Source of the DNA: a virus
Taxonomy: Duplodnaviria; Heunggongvirae; Uroviricota; Caudoviricetes
DNA length: 64,000 nucleotides
Virus record (IMG/VR): IMGVR_UViG_3300025682_000004
Reading direction: 5' to 3' (one strand)
Within the stretch, counting starts at the first letter, position 1, and every line of letters begins with the position of its first letter. A program made the position numbers and the translations under genes. The notes beneath the pieces were generated by a model. That model did not search any database and was not told the DNA's origin. It was given only the letters and a program-made list of their open reading frames with translations. Below are positions 40,403 through 50,329 of the stretch, in pieces.

Positions 40403-41098
40403 ATGAGCAGAATATTACGAAAAGGTGATATTGGTTTTGGTATATTAATTGAAAATGATGCAGGATTTATAACACACGAATTAAACAATAATATACTAAA
40501 TGAAGATTTTAAAATAAACCCAAATGAACCAATTTTAATTGATTGTATTTTACAAAAATGGGGAGTTAAAAATAAAAACGATAGGATTTATCCAAAAGAA
40601 GTATTAGTACCACAAGTAGAAATTTATCAGGAATTAATAAAAAACAATAGTTCTGTTTCAGAAGCAGACCATCCTGAGAGTAGCATAATTTCTTTACAAA
40701 ATATATCCCATTTATTAACAAAAATGTGGTGGGGTTCTGGTGAAAACGAAAATATATTATATGGAACAATAAAATTAATAGTAAGTCCTGGTTTTTTAAA
40801 ATATGGTATTGTTTCTGTTATTGGTGATAAAATTCTTTTATATTTACAAAATAAAATAAGATTGGGTATATCTAGTAGAGGTGTTGGTAGTTTAAAAGAA
40901 ATAAATGGTGAAAATATTGTACAAAATGATTTTGAATTAATTGGATTTGATTTGGTGGCAACACCAAGTACCCCTGGTGCATATTTATTTCCAAAAAGAC
41001 ATGATGATAAAAATTTTAATGAATTTTATGTGATTGAAAAAAAACCACAACTATTCGAAAATAAAATAATAAAAACATTAGATGATTTTTTACTTTAA
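40403..41098 (+). CDS. prohead core protease (T4 gp21-like)
   Basis: WGVKNKNDRIYPKEV ~ gp21 CGVRNRNNRVYPRKV; EADHPESS ~ ELDHPDNS; LGISSRGVGS ~ IGISSRGLGN. Confidence 0.7.
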   Translation: MSRILRKGDIGFGILIENDAGFITHELNNNILNEDFKINPNEPILIDCILQKWGVKNKNDRIYPKEVLVPQVEIYQELIKNNSSVSEADHPESSIISLQNISHLLTKMWWGSGENENILYGTIKLIVSPGFLKYGIVSVIGDKILLYLQNKIRLGISSRGVGSLKEINGENIVQNDFELIGFDLVATPSTPGAYLFPKRHDDKNFNEFYVIEKKPQLFENKIIKTLDDFLL

Positions 41099-41176
41099 AT
41101 AAAGTAAAAATCGTCTTTTTATCAATTAGTTTGTATTTATATTAAAATTATACTATTAGGTTGATATTTTATTGTT

Positions 41177-42748
41177 ATGAGTGATATAAAAAAAACATCA
41201 ATTCTTAAAGAAGCATTATCTGATTATGATGAAATCATGAATGCTGCTAAAATTGTTGCGAATAAAAAATTAGAAGAAGAATATTCAAAACGATTTAATG
41301 AAATTATAAATGAAGAATTAAATAAAAATAAAACAAAAAAATCCTATAAAAAAATGGATGATAATAAAGAATCTGATGAAGATGATGAAATTAATCAAAA
41401 AGAAGAATCTGTTATGAAAAAGAATGAAAAAGAAACTAAAAAAGTTAAAAAAACCACAGATGAATTAGAAAAACAAAAAGTGGTTGATGAAGATGTAAAA
41501 ATTACTGATACTGTTGGTGATAGTAACCCATATGAGAAAAAAGTTAACGAAAATAACGTTTCTGAAGAAAAAAATAAAGAAATTATGGGCGATGTTGAAT
41601 CTAATACACCAAATATTGCAACTAAAAAAAGCAAAGATGGTGATACATTCAAAGAAAAAACACCAAAAAAAGAAAACATCAAGGAAGAATTTGACATAAC
41701 AGAATTGGATGTTAATCGAGTGGGTAATGCATTAGAATGTGCAAATGAAAGTGATGAATTTCAAATTGATGATGACGAAACATTTAGTTTAAATGATATT
41801 GAAAAAGAAATTAATGCATTAAATTCTGAAGATGAATTAGATGACTTAAATTCTGATGAAGAATTAGATGACTTAAATTCTGATGAAGAATTAGAAAATT
41901 CAGATTCTAATGAAATCAAACCAACATCTAATAATTTGAATGATAAACTATATGAATTGCGTAATCAATTAGATGAAATTATTCAAAATTTTGATTCTAA
42001 TATTCAAGAAGACGATGAACTTCAAGATATTGAAATTGATGATGAATTAGATAATCAACTTCAAGATATTGAAATTGATGATGAATTAGATAATCAACTT
42101 CAAGAAATTGAAATTACTGATGATGATATCGATGCAGCACTTGCTGATAATGAAATCGATGAAACATTAGGAATGTCATATCCCAATAAAAGGGCTACAA
42201 CTGGAAATATTCCTGATAAAGAATATCAAACACAAGGAAATGTTCAACGTATGCGTTTTTCTATGAGGGAATCTGAAAGAAGGATTAATGGTTTAATTAA
42301 TGAGAATAAAAAACTCACAAAAAAATTAAATGAAAATAAAAAATACAAACAAACCGTATCCAAATTATTAGAACAATATAAAACCGCACTTGAAAAATAT
42401 CGAAATCAATTGAAAGAAATGGCAACATTTAATACCAATTTAGCACACGTCAACAACTTATTGGTAAACGAAAATCTTGCCCTTACACAAAATGATAAAA
42501 TTAATATTATCAACAACTTTAAAAAAATTGATAATATTGCTGAGTCACAGAAAAAGTATAACGAATTACTTGTAGAAATGCAAAAAAAACCAAATACTTT
42601 AACTGAAAGCATTGAAACGAAAGTGTCTGCTTCAATACAATCGTCTTCAAAGCAAAAACTTGACGAAGTTGTTGAAAAAACTGCATATGAAAATAATCAA
42701 CATATCGAAAAAATTAAAAAGTTGATTAATTACGGAAGCAAAAAATAA
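41177..42748 (+). CDS. acidic prohead scaffold-like protein (gp22-like role) with tandem repeats
   Basis: 523 aa, highly D/E-rich with coiled-coil character. Located between the protease and major capsid genes as in T4. Confidence 0.5.
   Translation: MSDIKKTSILKEALSDYDEIMNAAKIVANKKLEEEYSKRFNEIINEELNKNKTKKSYKKMDDNKESDEDDEINQKEESVMKKNEKETKKVKKTTDELEKQKVVDEDVKITDTVGDSNPYEKKVNENNVSEEKNKEIMGDVESNTPNIATKKSKDGDTFKEKTPKKENIKEEFDITELDVNRVGNALECANESDEFQIDDDETFSLNDIEKEINALNSEDELDDLNSDEELDDLNSDEELENSDSNEIKPTSNNLNDKLYELRNQLDEIIQNFDSNIQEDDELQDIEIDDELDNQLQDIEIDDELDNQLQEIEITDDDIDAALADNEIDETLGMSYPNKRATTGNIPDKEYQTQGNVQRMRFSMRESERRINGLINENKKLTKKLNENKKYKQTVSKLLEQYKTALEKYRNQLKEMATFNTNLAHVNNLLVNENLALTQNDKINIINNFKKIDNIAESQKKYNELLVEMQKKPNTLTESIETKVSASIQSSSKQKLDEVVEKTAYENNQHIEKIKKLINYGSKK
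41820..41905 (+). repeat. about 30-nt tandem coding repeat (SEDELDDLN x2 to 3)
   Basis: aattctgatgaagaattagatgacttaaat is repeated. Confidence 0.7.
42020..42135 (+). repeat. 39-nt tandem coding repeat (LQDIEIDDELDNQ x2 to 3)
   Basis: cttcaagatattgaaattgatgatgaattagataatcaa is repeated. Confidence 0.7.
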
Positions 42749-42774
42749 CAAAAAATAAATAAAAATTTAAAACA

Positions 42775-44457
42775 ATGGGATTTTTAATGGAAAGTGGCGA
42801 AGTTGGTAACATTGGTATTAAACAACTTCGTGAACAAAGAGAAATTACGACAAACCGTTGGGAAAAAATTGGATTACTTGAAGGATTAGATGGCAATATT
42901 AAAGAAAATTGCGCTCAATTATTCGAAAACCAATTATCTCATATGCTTAAAGAATCTTCTGATTCTACATCAAGCGGTCAATTTGAAACAGTTGCATTCC
43001 CTGTTATTCGTAGGGTGTTTGCAAAATTATTAGCAAACGATATTGTTTCAGTACAAGCACTTAACTTACCTTTAGGTAGATTATATTTTATCAATCCAAA
43101 GGCTAGTACACGTGTACAAGATAGTACACATACAACAACACTTGGTAATATTCATACATCACCTGATGGTGCATATGGAAATGCTGCTGAAAAAACATCA
43201 ACAAGTTCAACTAATTTTGAAACTCGTTCATTATACGATGCATTCTATGCAACTGAATATAATGATGAAGGTACTTCATTATTCGATTTATCAAAAGGTA
43301 GTATTGATAGTAAATCAATTACTGGTTTAACTGCTAAAGGTTATACAGCAGGAGATAAATTCGTTACTCTTGAAATCACAGGATTTACTACTGATAATGC
43401 AGGTAAATTGGTAGGTCCTGCTGGCGCACCAATGGATACCGAATCATTCCTTGCTGGATTAAAAGTAACAGCAAATAAAACTTTTACAGCACCAAGTGGT
43501 TATACAAGTGAAAATATTGCAAGTGGAAATCCAATACCATTTAACGTAAAAGTTCAAAAATATGGACAGGGTATTGTGGATAAAAATGGTAAAATTGTTG
43601 TTTTACTTGATGTTCAATATCCTGGTAAAGATGGTTATCATGCATTAACCATTCCAACTGGAACTATTTATACTGCAACATATAGAACATATAGCGACCT
43701 TGAACAAGATTCAAGAATGGCAGAAGTAACATTCGTTCTTGATTATGTTACTGTAAGTGTTGAAACTCGTAAAATGAGAGCAATGTGGACACCTGAATTA
43801 GCACAAGACGTTTCTGCATTCCATAATATTGATGCTGAAGCAGAATTAACTGCATTGTTATCAGAACAAATGGCTGCTGAAATTGACCGTGAAATATTAC
43901 GTGACTTAAGACGTGGTGCTGCATGGACTGCTCGTTGGGATTATAACGGATTAAGAAAAGGAACTAATACTTATTATGGTGTACAAAAAGACTGGAATCA
44001 AACGTTAATTACTAAAATTAACCAAATTTCAGCACAAATTAATAAGTCAACATTACGTGGTGGTGCATCATGGATAGTTGTATCTCCTGAAGTTTCTGCT
44101 GTTTTTGATGACTTAGAATATTTCCACGTTTCAAATGCTTCACCTGAACAAGATAAGTATAATATGGGTATTGAAAAAATTGGTACAATAGGTGGACGTT
44201 ATGTTGTTTACCGTGACCCATATTCAGCACCTAATACTGTTCTTATTGGACATAAAGGAACTAGCATATTGGAAACCGGCTATATTTATGCACCATATAT
44301 ACCTATGCAATTAACACCTGTAATGTATAATCCATTTGATTTTACACCAATTCGTGGTATTTTAACACGTTATGCTAAGAAAATGGTTCTAAACCGTTAC
44401 TATGGTAAAATCTTATGTGATGGATTAACAACATTTGGTGTTGGTGATTTATCCTAG
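42775..44457 (+). CDS. major capsid protein (T4 gp23-like)
   Basis: ETVAFPVIRRVFAKLLANDIVSVQALNLPLGRLYF ~ gp23 GPAVMGMVRRAIPNLIAFDICGVQPMNSPTGQVFAL; RKMRAMWTPELAQDVSAFHNIDAEAEL ~ KSRQLKAAYSIELAQDLRAVHGMDADAEL. Confidence 0.8.
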   Translation: MGFLMESGEVGNIGIKQLREQREITTNRWEKIGLLEGLDGNIKENCAQLFENQLSHMLKESSDSTSSGQFETVAFPVIRRVFAKLLANDIVSVQALNLPLGRLYFINPKASTRVQDSTHTTTLGNIHTSPDGAYGNAAEKTSTSSTNFETRSLYDAFYATEYNDEGTSLFDLSKGSIDSKSITGLTAKGYTAGDKFVTLEITGFTTDNAGKLVGPAGAPMDTESFLAGLKVTANKTFTAPSGYTSENIASGNPIPFNVKVQKYGQGIVDKNGKIVVLLDVQYPGKDGYHALTIPTGTIYTATYRTYSDLEQDSRMAEVTFVLDYVTVSVETRKMRAMWTPELAQDVSAFHNIDAEAELTALLSEQMAAEIDREILRDLRRGAAWTARWDYNGLRKGTNTYYGVQKDWNQTLITKINQISAQINKSTLRGGASWIVVSPEVSAVFDDLEYFHVSNASPEQDKYNMGIEKIGTIGGRYVVYRDPYSAPNTVLIGHKGTSILETGYIYAPYIPMQLTPVMYNPFDFTPIRGILTRYAKKMVLNRYYGKILCDGLTTFGVGDLS

Positions 44458-44477
44458 TAGGTACTTAACTTTATTAA

Positions 44478-44510
44478 AGGGGGATGTTAAACACATCCCT
44501 TTTTTTATTT
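44478..44510 (+). terminator. rho-independent terminator after the capsid gene
   Basis: 7-bp GC-rich stem gggatgt/acatccc (44481-44487 / 44493-44499) with loop taaac, followed by ttttttta. Confidence 0.7.
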
Positions 44511-44545
44511 CCAAAATAATACTATTTTTGTAAAAATGTTTTTCT

Positions 44546-46003
44546 ATGGAAGCACACCAACATAAAATTAGAATAAAAAAATCAAAAGAAGAAATATTAG
44601 ATTTTAATTATAAAAACATTTCTTTAGATAATACAGAAATTAAATTAATTGATAAAAACACTGCAAGTAAAATTATAATAGAATATGAATGGTTAAAAAC
44701 AATGCCATATATTGTTAAATATTGTTTTGGTATATATTTTAATACAGAAAATGGTCAAAAACTAGGTGGTGTTTTAGTTTTTAGTAATGATTATACAGAA
44801 AATACTGGTGTTTGGGATAAATATGGATTTACAAATAAAATTTTATTATTAAGCAGGGGTGTTTGTTTATGGTGGACACCAAAAAATACAGCATCTTTTT
44901 TTATTTCTAGGGTTTGTAAATGGTTAAAAAATAATACAAAATATAGAATAATAACAGCAACTGTTGACCCAGCAGCAGGTGAAATCGGAACAATTTATCA
45001 ATCATTAAATTGGTTATATGTTGGTGTTATGTCTGGTAATTATTCCAATAATAAAGAAACAAAAAGATTTTCAGTATTAATTGATGGTAAATTAAGATAT
45101 AGTAGATGGGTTAGAAATAAATTGGGTACGATGAAAAAAAATGTTATTTTAAAACACTATCCCAATGCAATATTTTTACCACAATATAGAAAACATAGAT
45201 ATTTTTATTTTATAGACACACCAAGAAATAATAAAAAACATAAAACATCTATAAATCATTTAATATTACCATATCCTAAAAGAAATGATGAAATTATTGG
45301 CGTTATTTATAAAATAAAAAACAAAATAAACAACAAATTATATATTGGACAAACAATTCGTTCAATAAATGAAAAAATATTAGAATATAAAAATGGTTTG
45401 GGTAATGATTATATTAATAATGCATTCAATAAGTATGGTTGGGATAATTTTGAATTTACAATAATTGATACGGCAAAAACAATTCAAGAACTAAACAATA
45501 AAGAAATTAAATATATTAGTGATTATAAATCAAACCAAAAAGAATTTGGTTATAATATTGAAGGTGGTGGTAAAAATATAATACCAACAAAAGAAACTTT
45601 AGATAAAATGTCTATTTCTCATTTAGGTATTAAACAATCTAAAGAATGGATTAATAAAAGAATTTCAAAAGCAGGTAGTAATGATGCAAAAAAATACGGT
45701 AGAAAAAAAACAAAGCAAGATAAATTAATTTTAAGTAAAAATTCTTCTAAATATTGGTTAGGTAAAAACCATACAGAAGAAACTAAACAAAAAATTAGTA
45801 AAACAAAAAAACAAATTGGATTGTCTGAAAAACAAAAAGAAATAATTTGCAAAAAGGTATTTAAAGTTAATTTAAAAACTAATGAAATTATTGAATTTGA
45901 ATCAACAAAAAAGGCGAGTGTTTTTGAAAATGTTAATCAATCCACAATATCAAGATGGTGTAAAAATGAAAAAAGAGTAAATGGTTATTTATGGAAAAAT
46001 TAA
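44546..46003 (+). CDS. GIY-YIG homing-endonuclease-like protein with unusual N-terminal extra domain and C-terminal NUMOD-type DNA-binding repeats
   Basis: GIY-YIG core at about residues 250-330: GVIYKIKNKINNKLYIGQT...R...E...N. C-terminal repeats SISHLGIKQSKEWINK and WLGKNHTEETKQKISK resemble NUMOD3. The first about 240 aa form an unrecognised domain. Confidence 0.55.
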   Translation: MEAHQHKIRIKKSKEEILDFNYKNISLDNTEIKLIDKNTASKIIIEYEWLKTMPYIVKYCFGIYFNTENGQKLGGVLVFSNDYTENTGVWDKYGFTNKILLLSRGVCLWWTPKNTASFFISRVCKWLKNNTKYRIITATVDPAAGEIGTIYQSLNWLYVGVMSGNYSNNKETKRFSVLIDGKLRYSRWVRNKLGTMKKNVILKHYPNAIFLPQYRKHRYFYFIDTPRNNKKHKTSINHLILPYPKRNDEIIGVIYKIKNKINNKLYIGQTIRSINEKILEYKNGLGNDYINNAFNKYGWDNFEFTIIDTAKTIQELNNKEIKYISDYKSNQKEFGYNIEGGGKNIIPTKETLDKMSISHLGIKQSKEWINKRISKAGSNDAKKYGRKKTKQDKLILSKNSSKYWLGKNHTEETKQKISKTKKQIGLSEKQKEIICKKVFKVNLKTNEIIEFESTKKASVFENVNQSTISRWCKNEKRVNGYLWKN

Positions 46004-46293
46004 AATATTAGTGGTTTGAATATATAAGCAGGTTTACCTTATAAAAATTATTAATTTAACTAATATAATTTAATATCTCTTTATAATAAACATTTAGATA
46101 ATATTTTTAGAGTATATTTTTAATATTTCAAGAAATTTATTTTTAATATCATTTACATTAGATTCAATTAGTTTTAAGAATTTCTCTAACTTCATCAGAT
46201 GAATTCTTATATACTTCTTTTAAGGTTTTATTTGTTTCTTCCATCATTTAATTATTTTTATAATATACGATAAATAATTTAAATTGTTACAAA

Positions 46294-46566
46294 TTATTCA
46301 ACAAAGTCAATTGTTTTAAAATTTTCCAATTCTAACGATAATTTTTCATAAATATCAATCAACTCATTTAATTTTTCATGTATTTTATACATAATATTAG
46401 CAATTTGGTTAATATTTATATTTAATAAAAAGACATCATTATAAAAATCTATCCAATTATTATTTATTTTATATTGACCAATAAATGTTAAATTTTTTTC
46501 TATGGGATTAAATTTAACTAATATTCTTCTATCACTATATTTTTCAAAATTTACTTTCCATTCCAT
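46294..46566 (-). CDS. hypothetical protein
   Basis: 90-aa ORF. Confidence 0.3.
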   Translation of the reverse strand: MEWKVNFEKYSDRRILVKFNPIEKNLTFIGQYKINNNWIDFYNDVFLLNININQIANIMYKIHEKLNELIDIYEKLSLELENFKTIDFVE

Positions 46567-46578
46567 AAATTTAAAATT

Positions 46579-49500
46579 TTAAGAGATATCTGTCCAATTT
46601 CTATCAAAGATTAATTCATTTTTTGCTCTTGTATATGCAACATATTCTAAATTTTTTTCTTGTAAAAATTCCCAATTTTTTGTTGTTTTCATTGGTAATA
46701 AATCTGGTCTTATTATAAAGACCCTATTTGCTTCAAGACCCTTTATTTTATGTATTGTACTTAAGCAAATTCCTTGAATTTCATCACTAAAAATTAAACC
46801 AATTTTATTTTTTAAATCAACAATACTATTTGATAATTTTGCTAAAAAAAGTAATGTTGTTACTTTATCTTCTAATGTAACATAACCACTATGTTCATTT
46901 GGGTTTAAAATACCTTCCTTTTTTAATTCTTTTCTATATTTAATTAATTCTCTATCCCAAAAAAGAATTAAATTGTCAATAGATTTAATATCACCAATTA
47001 ATTCAATTAACTGAACACCAATATCAGAACCTTTCACAATTGCTTTTTTTTCTTGTTCTAAAAATTCAAAAAATAATTTAATTAATGGTATTGTTGTTCT
47101 ACATAAAACAAAATCACCACTTTCTGCTTCTTTTAAAACATTACCATCCCTTACAATACCATCAGGTGCATTGGGTAGTGCTTTTATATCAGGTACAATT
47201 TCTTGTGCTTTTTTTATTACATTTTTTGAACATCTGAATGACGTTGATAATGGTAGTGTTTTAGTATTTGGGAATTTACTAAACCATTCAAACGCTTTTT
47301 CATCTGCTGCATTAAATCCATATATACAATTATGTGTTAATATATTATCAGCAACATATGTTTCGTATTTATCAATTTCTAAAGAATAAACTAAACCAGA
47401 ATATTTTTCATATTTTAATTCATATATTTTTTGAATGTTGTGCAAATTTGCATTTAAACTGCAAATTTGCATTAAATCTGGAATAATATTAATTGCATAT
47501 ATTTCTAAAAAATTTTGATTATAATCCATATTCCAATTAGAATTCCATATCGGGTAGTTTGAATTTTTATTAAAATCATTAAATATTTTATCTTTATTTG
47601 CTAAATAATAATTAGCATCTTTATATGCATAATACAAAGAATAGTACGATTTTAAAATCCAAATTTTATTAACATCACTTTTATTCTTAAAAATTTTAAA
47701 AAAATCAATCTCATTTCTTATTGTGAATATACGTATGTGTTGAGTTTCATCCATCAATTCAAACAAACACAATACAAATTGTAATTGTTTTGTTTTTTTT
47801 ATTTTAACCAAACATTTATGTTCTGGTGTATATTTAGATTCACATCCTCTTGAAATTATTTTTATTAAATTTCCATTATAATACCTACAACCAATATTGT
47901 TAATTTTACTTTTAATAAAGGAATTACTTTTTCTATCGTAAGAAATAATTAAATCACCAACATTTAAATTTTCAATATCCTTTTCTGTATTATCATTCAT
48001 TAATATTTTTGTTCCTTTAGGTTGACATTGATAATAATCACCAACAGATATTAATCTACCTATATATTTACCAGTAGTTTTATCTTTTTTTATTAATTTT
48101 TCTACAATTTTTATTTGACAACGATTTAAATCTTGAACTTCATCAATAAAAATATAATCTTGAGGAAACATCCAAATACTACTATCTATTGCTGGTAAAT
48201 ATATCATATCAATAAAATCATAATTTTTTCTATCAATTGTTGATTCTTCTAATATTTTTAATATTCTTTTAATATCTTTATTTTCTTTAATTGGTATATT
48301 ATATTTTTCAGCAATATTTGGAATAAATTCTGAATTTGTTGTTAATGTTAATCTACATAAATTAACCATTTTTTTTATATTATTTAAATATAAAGAAATA
48401 TCATCGTTATCATCAAATTCATCGTTTAATTTCCAATTTTTTGATTTTGATTGTATTATTTTATCAATTTTAAATTCATCGAATTGTATTTTATCACCAT
48501 ATTTTCTTTTAATTGCAGACGTACCTAAACCATAAGTTGTATAACATCTAACATATTCGGGTAATTTTGTTTTTAATTCTTCTTGTATGTGTTTATTGAA
48601 CGCTAAAAACATAATAGATTTATCTTTAGGTAATAATTTTACTGCATCAACTATGGTTGAAGTATTGTGTGTGATTGTAAAATCACCCAATAAAAATCTA
48701 CCATTACCATTTAAAGTAAATCCAAAATATAAACCTTGTGATATAATATTTTCTTTTATTTTAAAAGAAAATAAATTATTGTAATTTGTTTTTTGTTTTC
48801 TTTTATATACTAAAGGTAATATGCTAGTATTTCCATTAATGTCAATTTTCCAAAAAATGTTATTTCGAAAAGAAAATATCTTTTTCTCTTTATATATAAA
48901 ACCTAAACTTTCACATAAAAATTTCAAATTAACTATTTTCCTTTTTGAAATTATTGTTAGTTTGGATGTCCTGTTTTTTTTATTATAATAAACATCAAAA
49001 ATACCCGCCAAGATTTTTTTTCTATTTTCAATAGAATTTATTAGATATTTGTCTGGTATTGATAAATGAATATTCTTTTTGTTTTTATCAATATTAAAAA
49101 TAATACACTTTTGAAAATCATCGGAATAAAAACCCTTTTCATATTTTTTATTTAAACAAACACTTGTTTTATTTAAAACAAAAAAAGAATTATCTTTTAA
49201 CTCCAACAATTTTTCTATTATTTTTCTTGTTAACCTAAAATCGACAAATAAAAATTGTTTTATATTATTTTTTAAATTATATCCTAACCATAATCCTAAT
49301 AAATATGGATTTATTTCTGTTTTATTTTCTTGAAATTCAACAATGGATTTTTTTAATTTAATATTTTTTAAATAACCATTCCATTTTTTTGAATATTTGA
49401 GTTCATTTAGTGGTGTATCTAACAAAATTTTAGAAATTTCATTGTAATGTGTAATTACATGAACATCATTACAAACCCAAGAATATCCTATTTCATTTTT

Positions 49501-49749
49501 TATTTTATATAGTTTACCATATCCAATATTTTTATTCAATACTTTACGAGGCGATGAATCATCACCCATTAAAAAATCACCAATTTTTATATCTTGAACC
49601 CTTTTTATTGTTCCATCATACATCAATACTGGTGTATCATATCCAAGACATTTACCTGTACCAGCATATGCTTTTATTAAAATATTTTCAGGTCTTTTTT
49701 TTGTAAATAAAAATATTCTTTCTTGTTCTTTTGTTGGTTTATTAATCAT
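46579..49749 (-). CDS. SF1 DNA helicase (Dda/UvrD-like) precursor containing two inteins
   Basis: Exteins join to give Walker A AYAGTGK|TSTIV and motif III VGDYYQ|CIYGFNAA (compare UvrD VGDDDQSIYGWRGA). The C-terminus has LSTIHKIKGLEAN and YVAYTRAKN (motifs V/VI). The predicted mature size is about 494 aa. Confidence 0.7.
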   Translation of the reverse strand: MINKPTKEQERIFLFTKKRPENILIKAYAGTGKCLGYDTPVLMYDGTIKRVQDIKIGDFLMGDDSSPRKVLNKNIGYGKLYKIKNEIGYSWVCNDVHVITHYNEISKILLDTPLNELKYSKKWNGYLKNIKLKKSIVEFQENKTEINPYLLGLWLGYNLKNNIKQFLFVDFRLTRKIIEKLLELKDNSFFVLNKTSVCLNKKYEKGFYSDDFQKCIIFNIDKNKKNIHLSIPDKYLINSIENRKKILAGIFDVYYNKKNRTSKLTIISKRKIVNLKFLCESLGFIYKEKKIFSFRNNIFWKIDINGNTSILPLVYKRKQKTNYNNLFSFKIKENIISQGLYFGFTLNGNGRFLLGDFTITHNTSTIVDAVKLLPKDKSIMFLAFNKHIQEELKTKLPEYVRCYTTYGLGTSAIKRKYGDKIQFDEFKIDKIIQSKSKNWKLNDEFDDNDDISLYLNNIKKMVNLCRLTLTTNSEFIPNIAEKYNIPIKENKDIKRILKILEESTIDRKNYDFIDMIYLPAIDSSIWMFPQDYIFIDEVQDLNRCQIKIVEKLIKKDKTTGKYIGRLISVGDYYQCQPKGTKILMNDNTEKDIENLNVGDLIISYDRKSNSFIKSKINNIGCRYYNGNLIKIISRGCESKYTPEHKCLVKIKKTKQLQFVLCLFELMDETQHIRIFTIRNEIDFFKIFKNKSDVNKIWILKSYYSLYYAYKDANYYLANKDKIFNDFNKNSNYPIWNSNWNMDYNQNFLEIYAINIIPDLMQICSLNANLHNIQKIYELKYEKYSGLVYSLEIDKYETYVADNILTHNCIYGFNAADEKAFEWFSKFPNTKTLPLSTSFRCSKNVIKKAQEIVPDIKALPNAPDGIVRDGNVLKEAESGDFVLCRTTIPLIKLFFEFLEQEKKAIVKGSDIGVQLIELIGDIKSIDNLILFWDRELIKYRKELKKEGILNPNEHSGYVTLEDKVTTLLFLAKLSNSIVDLKNKIGLIFSDEIQGICLSTIHKIKGLEANRVFIIRPDLLPMKTTKNWEFLQEKNLEYVAYTRAKNELIFDRNWTDIS
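47329..48027 (-). mobile_element. intein 2 (233 aa) inserted in helicase motif III
   Basis: Starts with Cys after VGDYYQ and ends ...ILTHN followed by Cys. Contains a Cys/His cluster (CRYY...GCESKYTPEHKC). Its endonuclease type is unclear. Confidence 0.55.
48664..49650 (-). mobile_element. intein 1 (329 aa) with LAGLIDADG-type homing endonuclease motifs, inserted in Walker A
   Basis: Starts with Cys after GTGK and ends ...ITHN followed by Thr. Internal blocks LLGLWLGYNL and ILAGIFDVYY resemble the two LAGLIDADG motifs. Confidence 0.65.
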
Positions 49750-50230
49750 TTGTAGAAATCCAATTATTGTTTAAAATCCCATTTTTTAATTTATATGTTT
49801 TCATTTCATTAAGAACCAAAACAGTTAATCCTTCTTTTCTTTCAAAAATTTTATTGTTATAATATATATATTTCATATCTAAATTATACAATTCTTCAAT
49901 ATTTTCCACCTGTATGTGATAATTTGAATTCAAAGAAAATGCAATATCTCCTTTATCTTTCATATTATTCCATAAAATTTTTGCAATTTCATCACTTATT
50001 TGTCCTAATAGTTTAATAGTATTATTCATGTGTTTAATTGCATTTTCAGAAAACTTATCATTCTTTTCAACATATATTTTTTCCAATAAATATCTTGTTA
50101 ATTCTATTGCAAAAAATCTATCTTCTGGATTATTTTCATAATCATTTGATAAATCCACACAAGGTCTACCATTTTCATTTAATGTAATATCATATTCAAT
50201 ATTAAACATAATAAAAATAATATAATGCAA
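49742..50230 (-). CDS. hypothetical protein
   Basis: 162-aa ORF. Confidence 0.3.
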   Translation of the reverse strand: MHYIIFIMFNIEYDITLNENGRPCVDLSNDYENNPEDRFFAIELTRYLLEKIYVEKNDKFSENAIKHMNNTIKLLGQISDEIAKILWNNMKDKGDIAFSLNSNYHIQVENIEELYNLDMKYIYYNNKIFERKEGLTVLVLNEMKTYKLKNGILNNNWISTND

Positions 50231-50329
50231 ATATATATTATTAATTCTAATAAGACAACTAATTATAGCAATTTTTAGTATTTATATTAAAGAAATAAAT
50301 TTAAATAATCCAATTATTAAATTATAAAT

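Noticed and set aside
41820-42135. Short tandem repeats in the scaffold gene as a possible CRISPR array or repeat RNA
   Set aside because: The repeats are in frame, encode acidic peptide repeats, have no spacers, and sit inside a long ORF.
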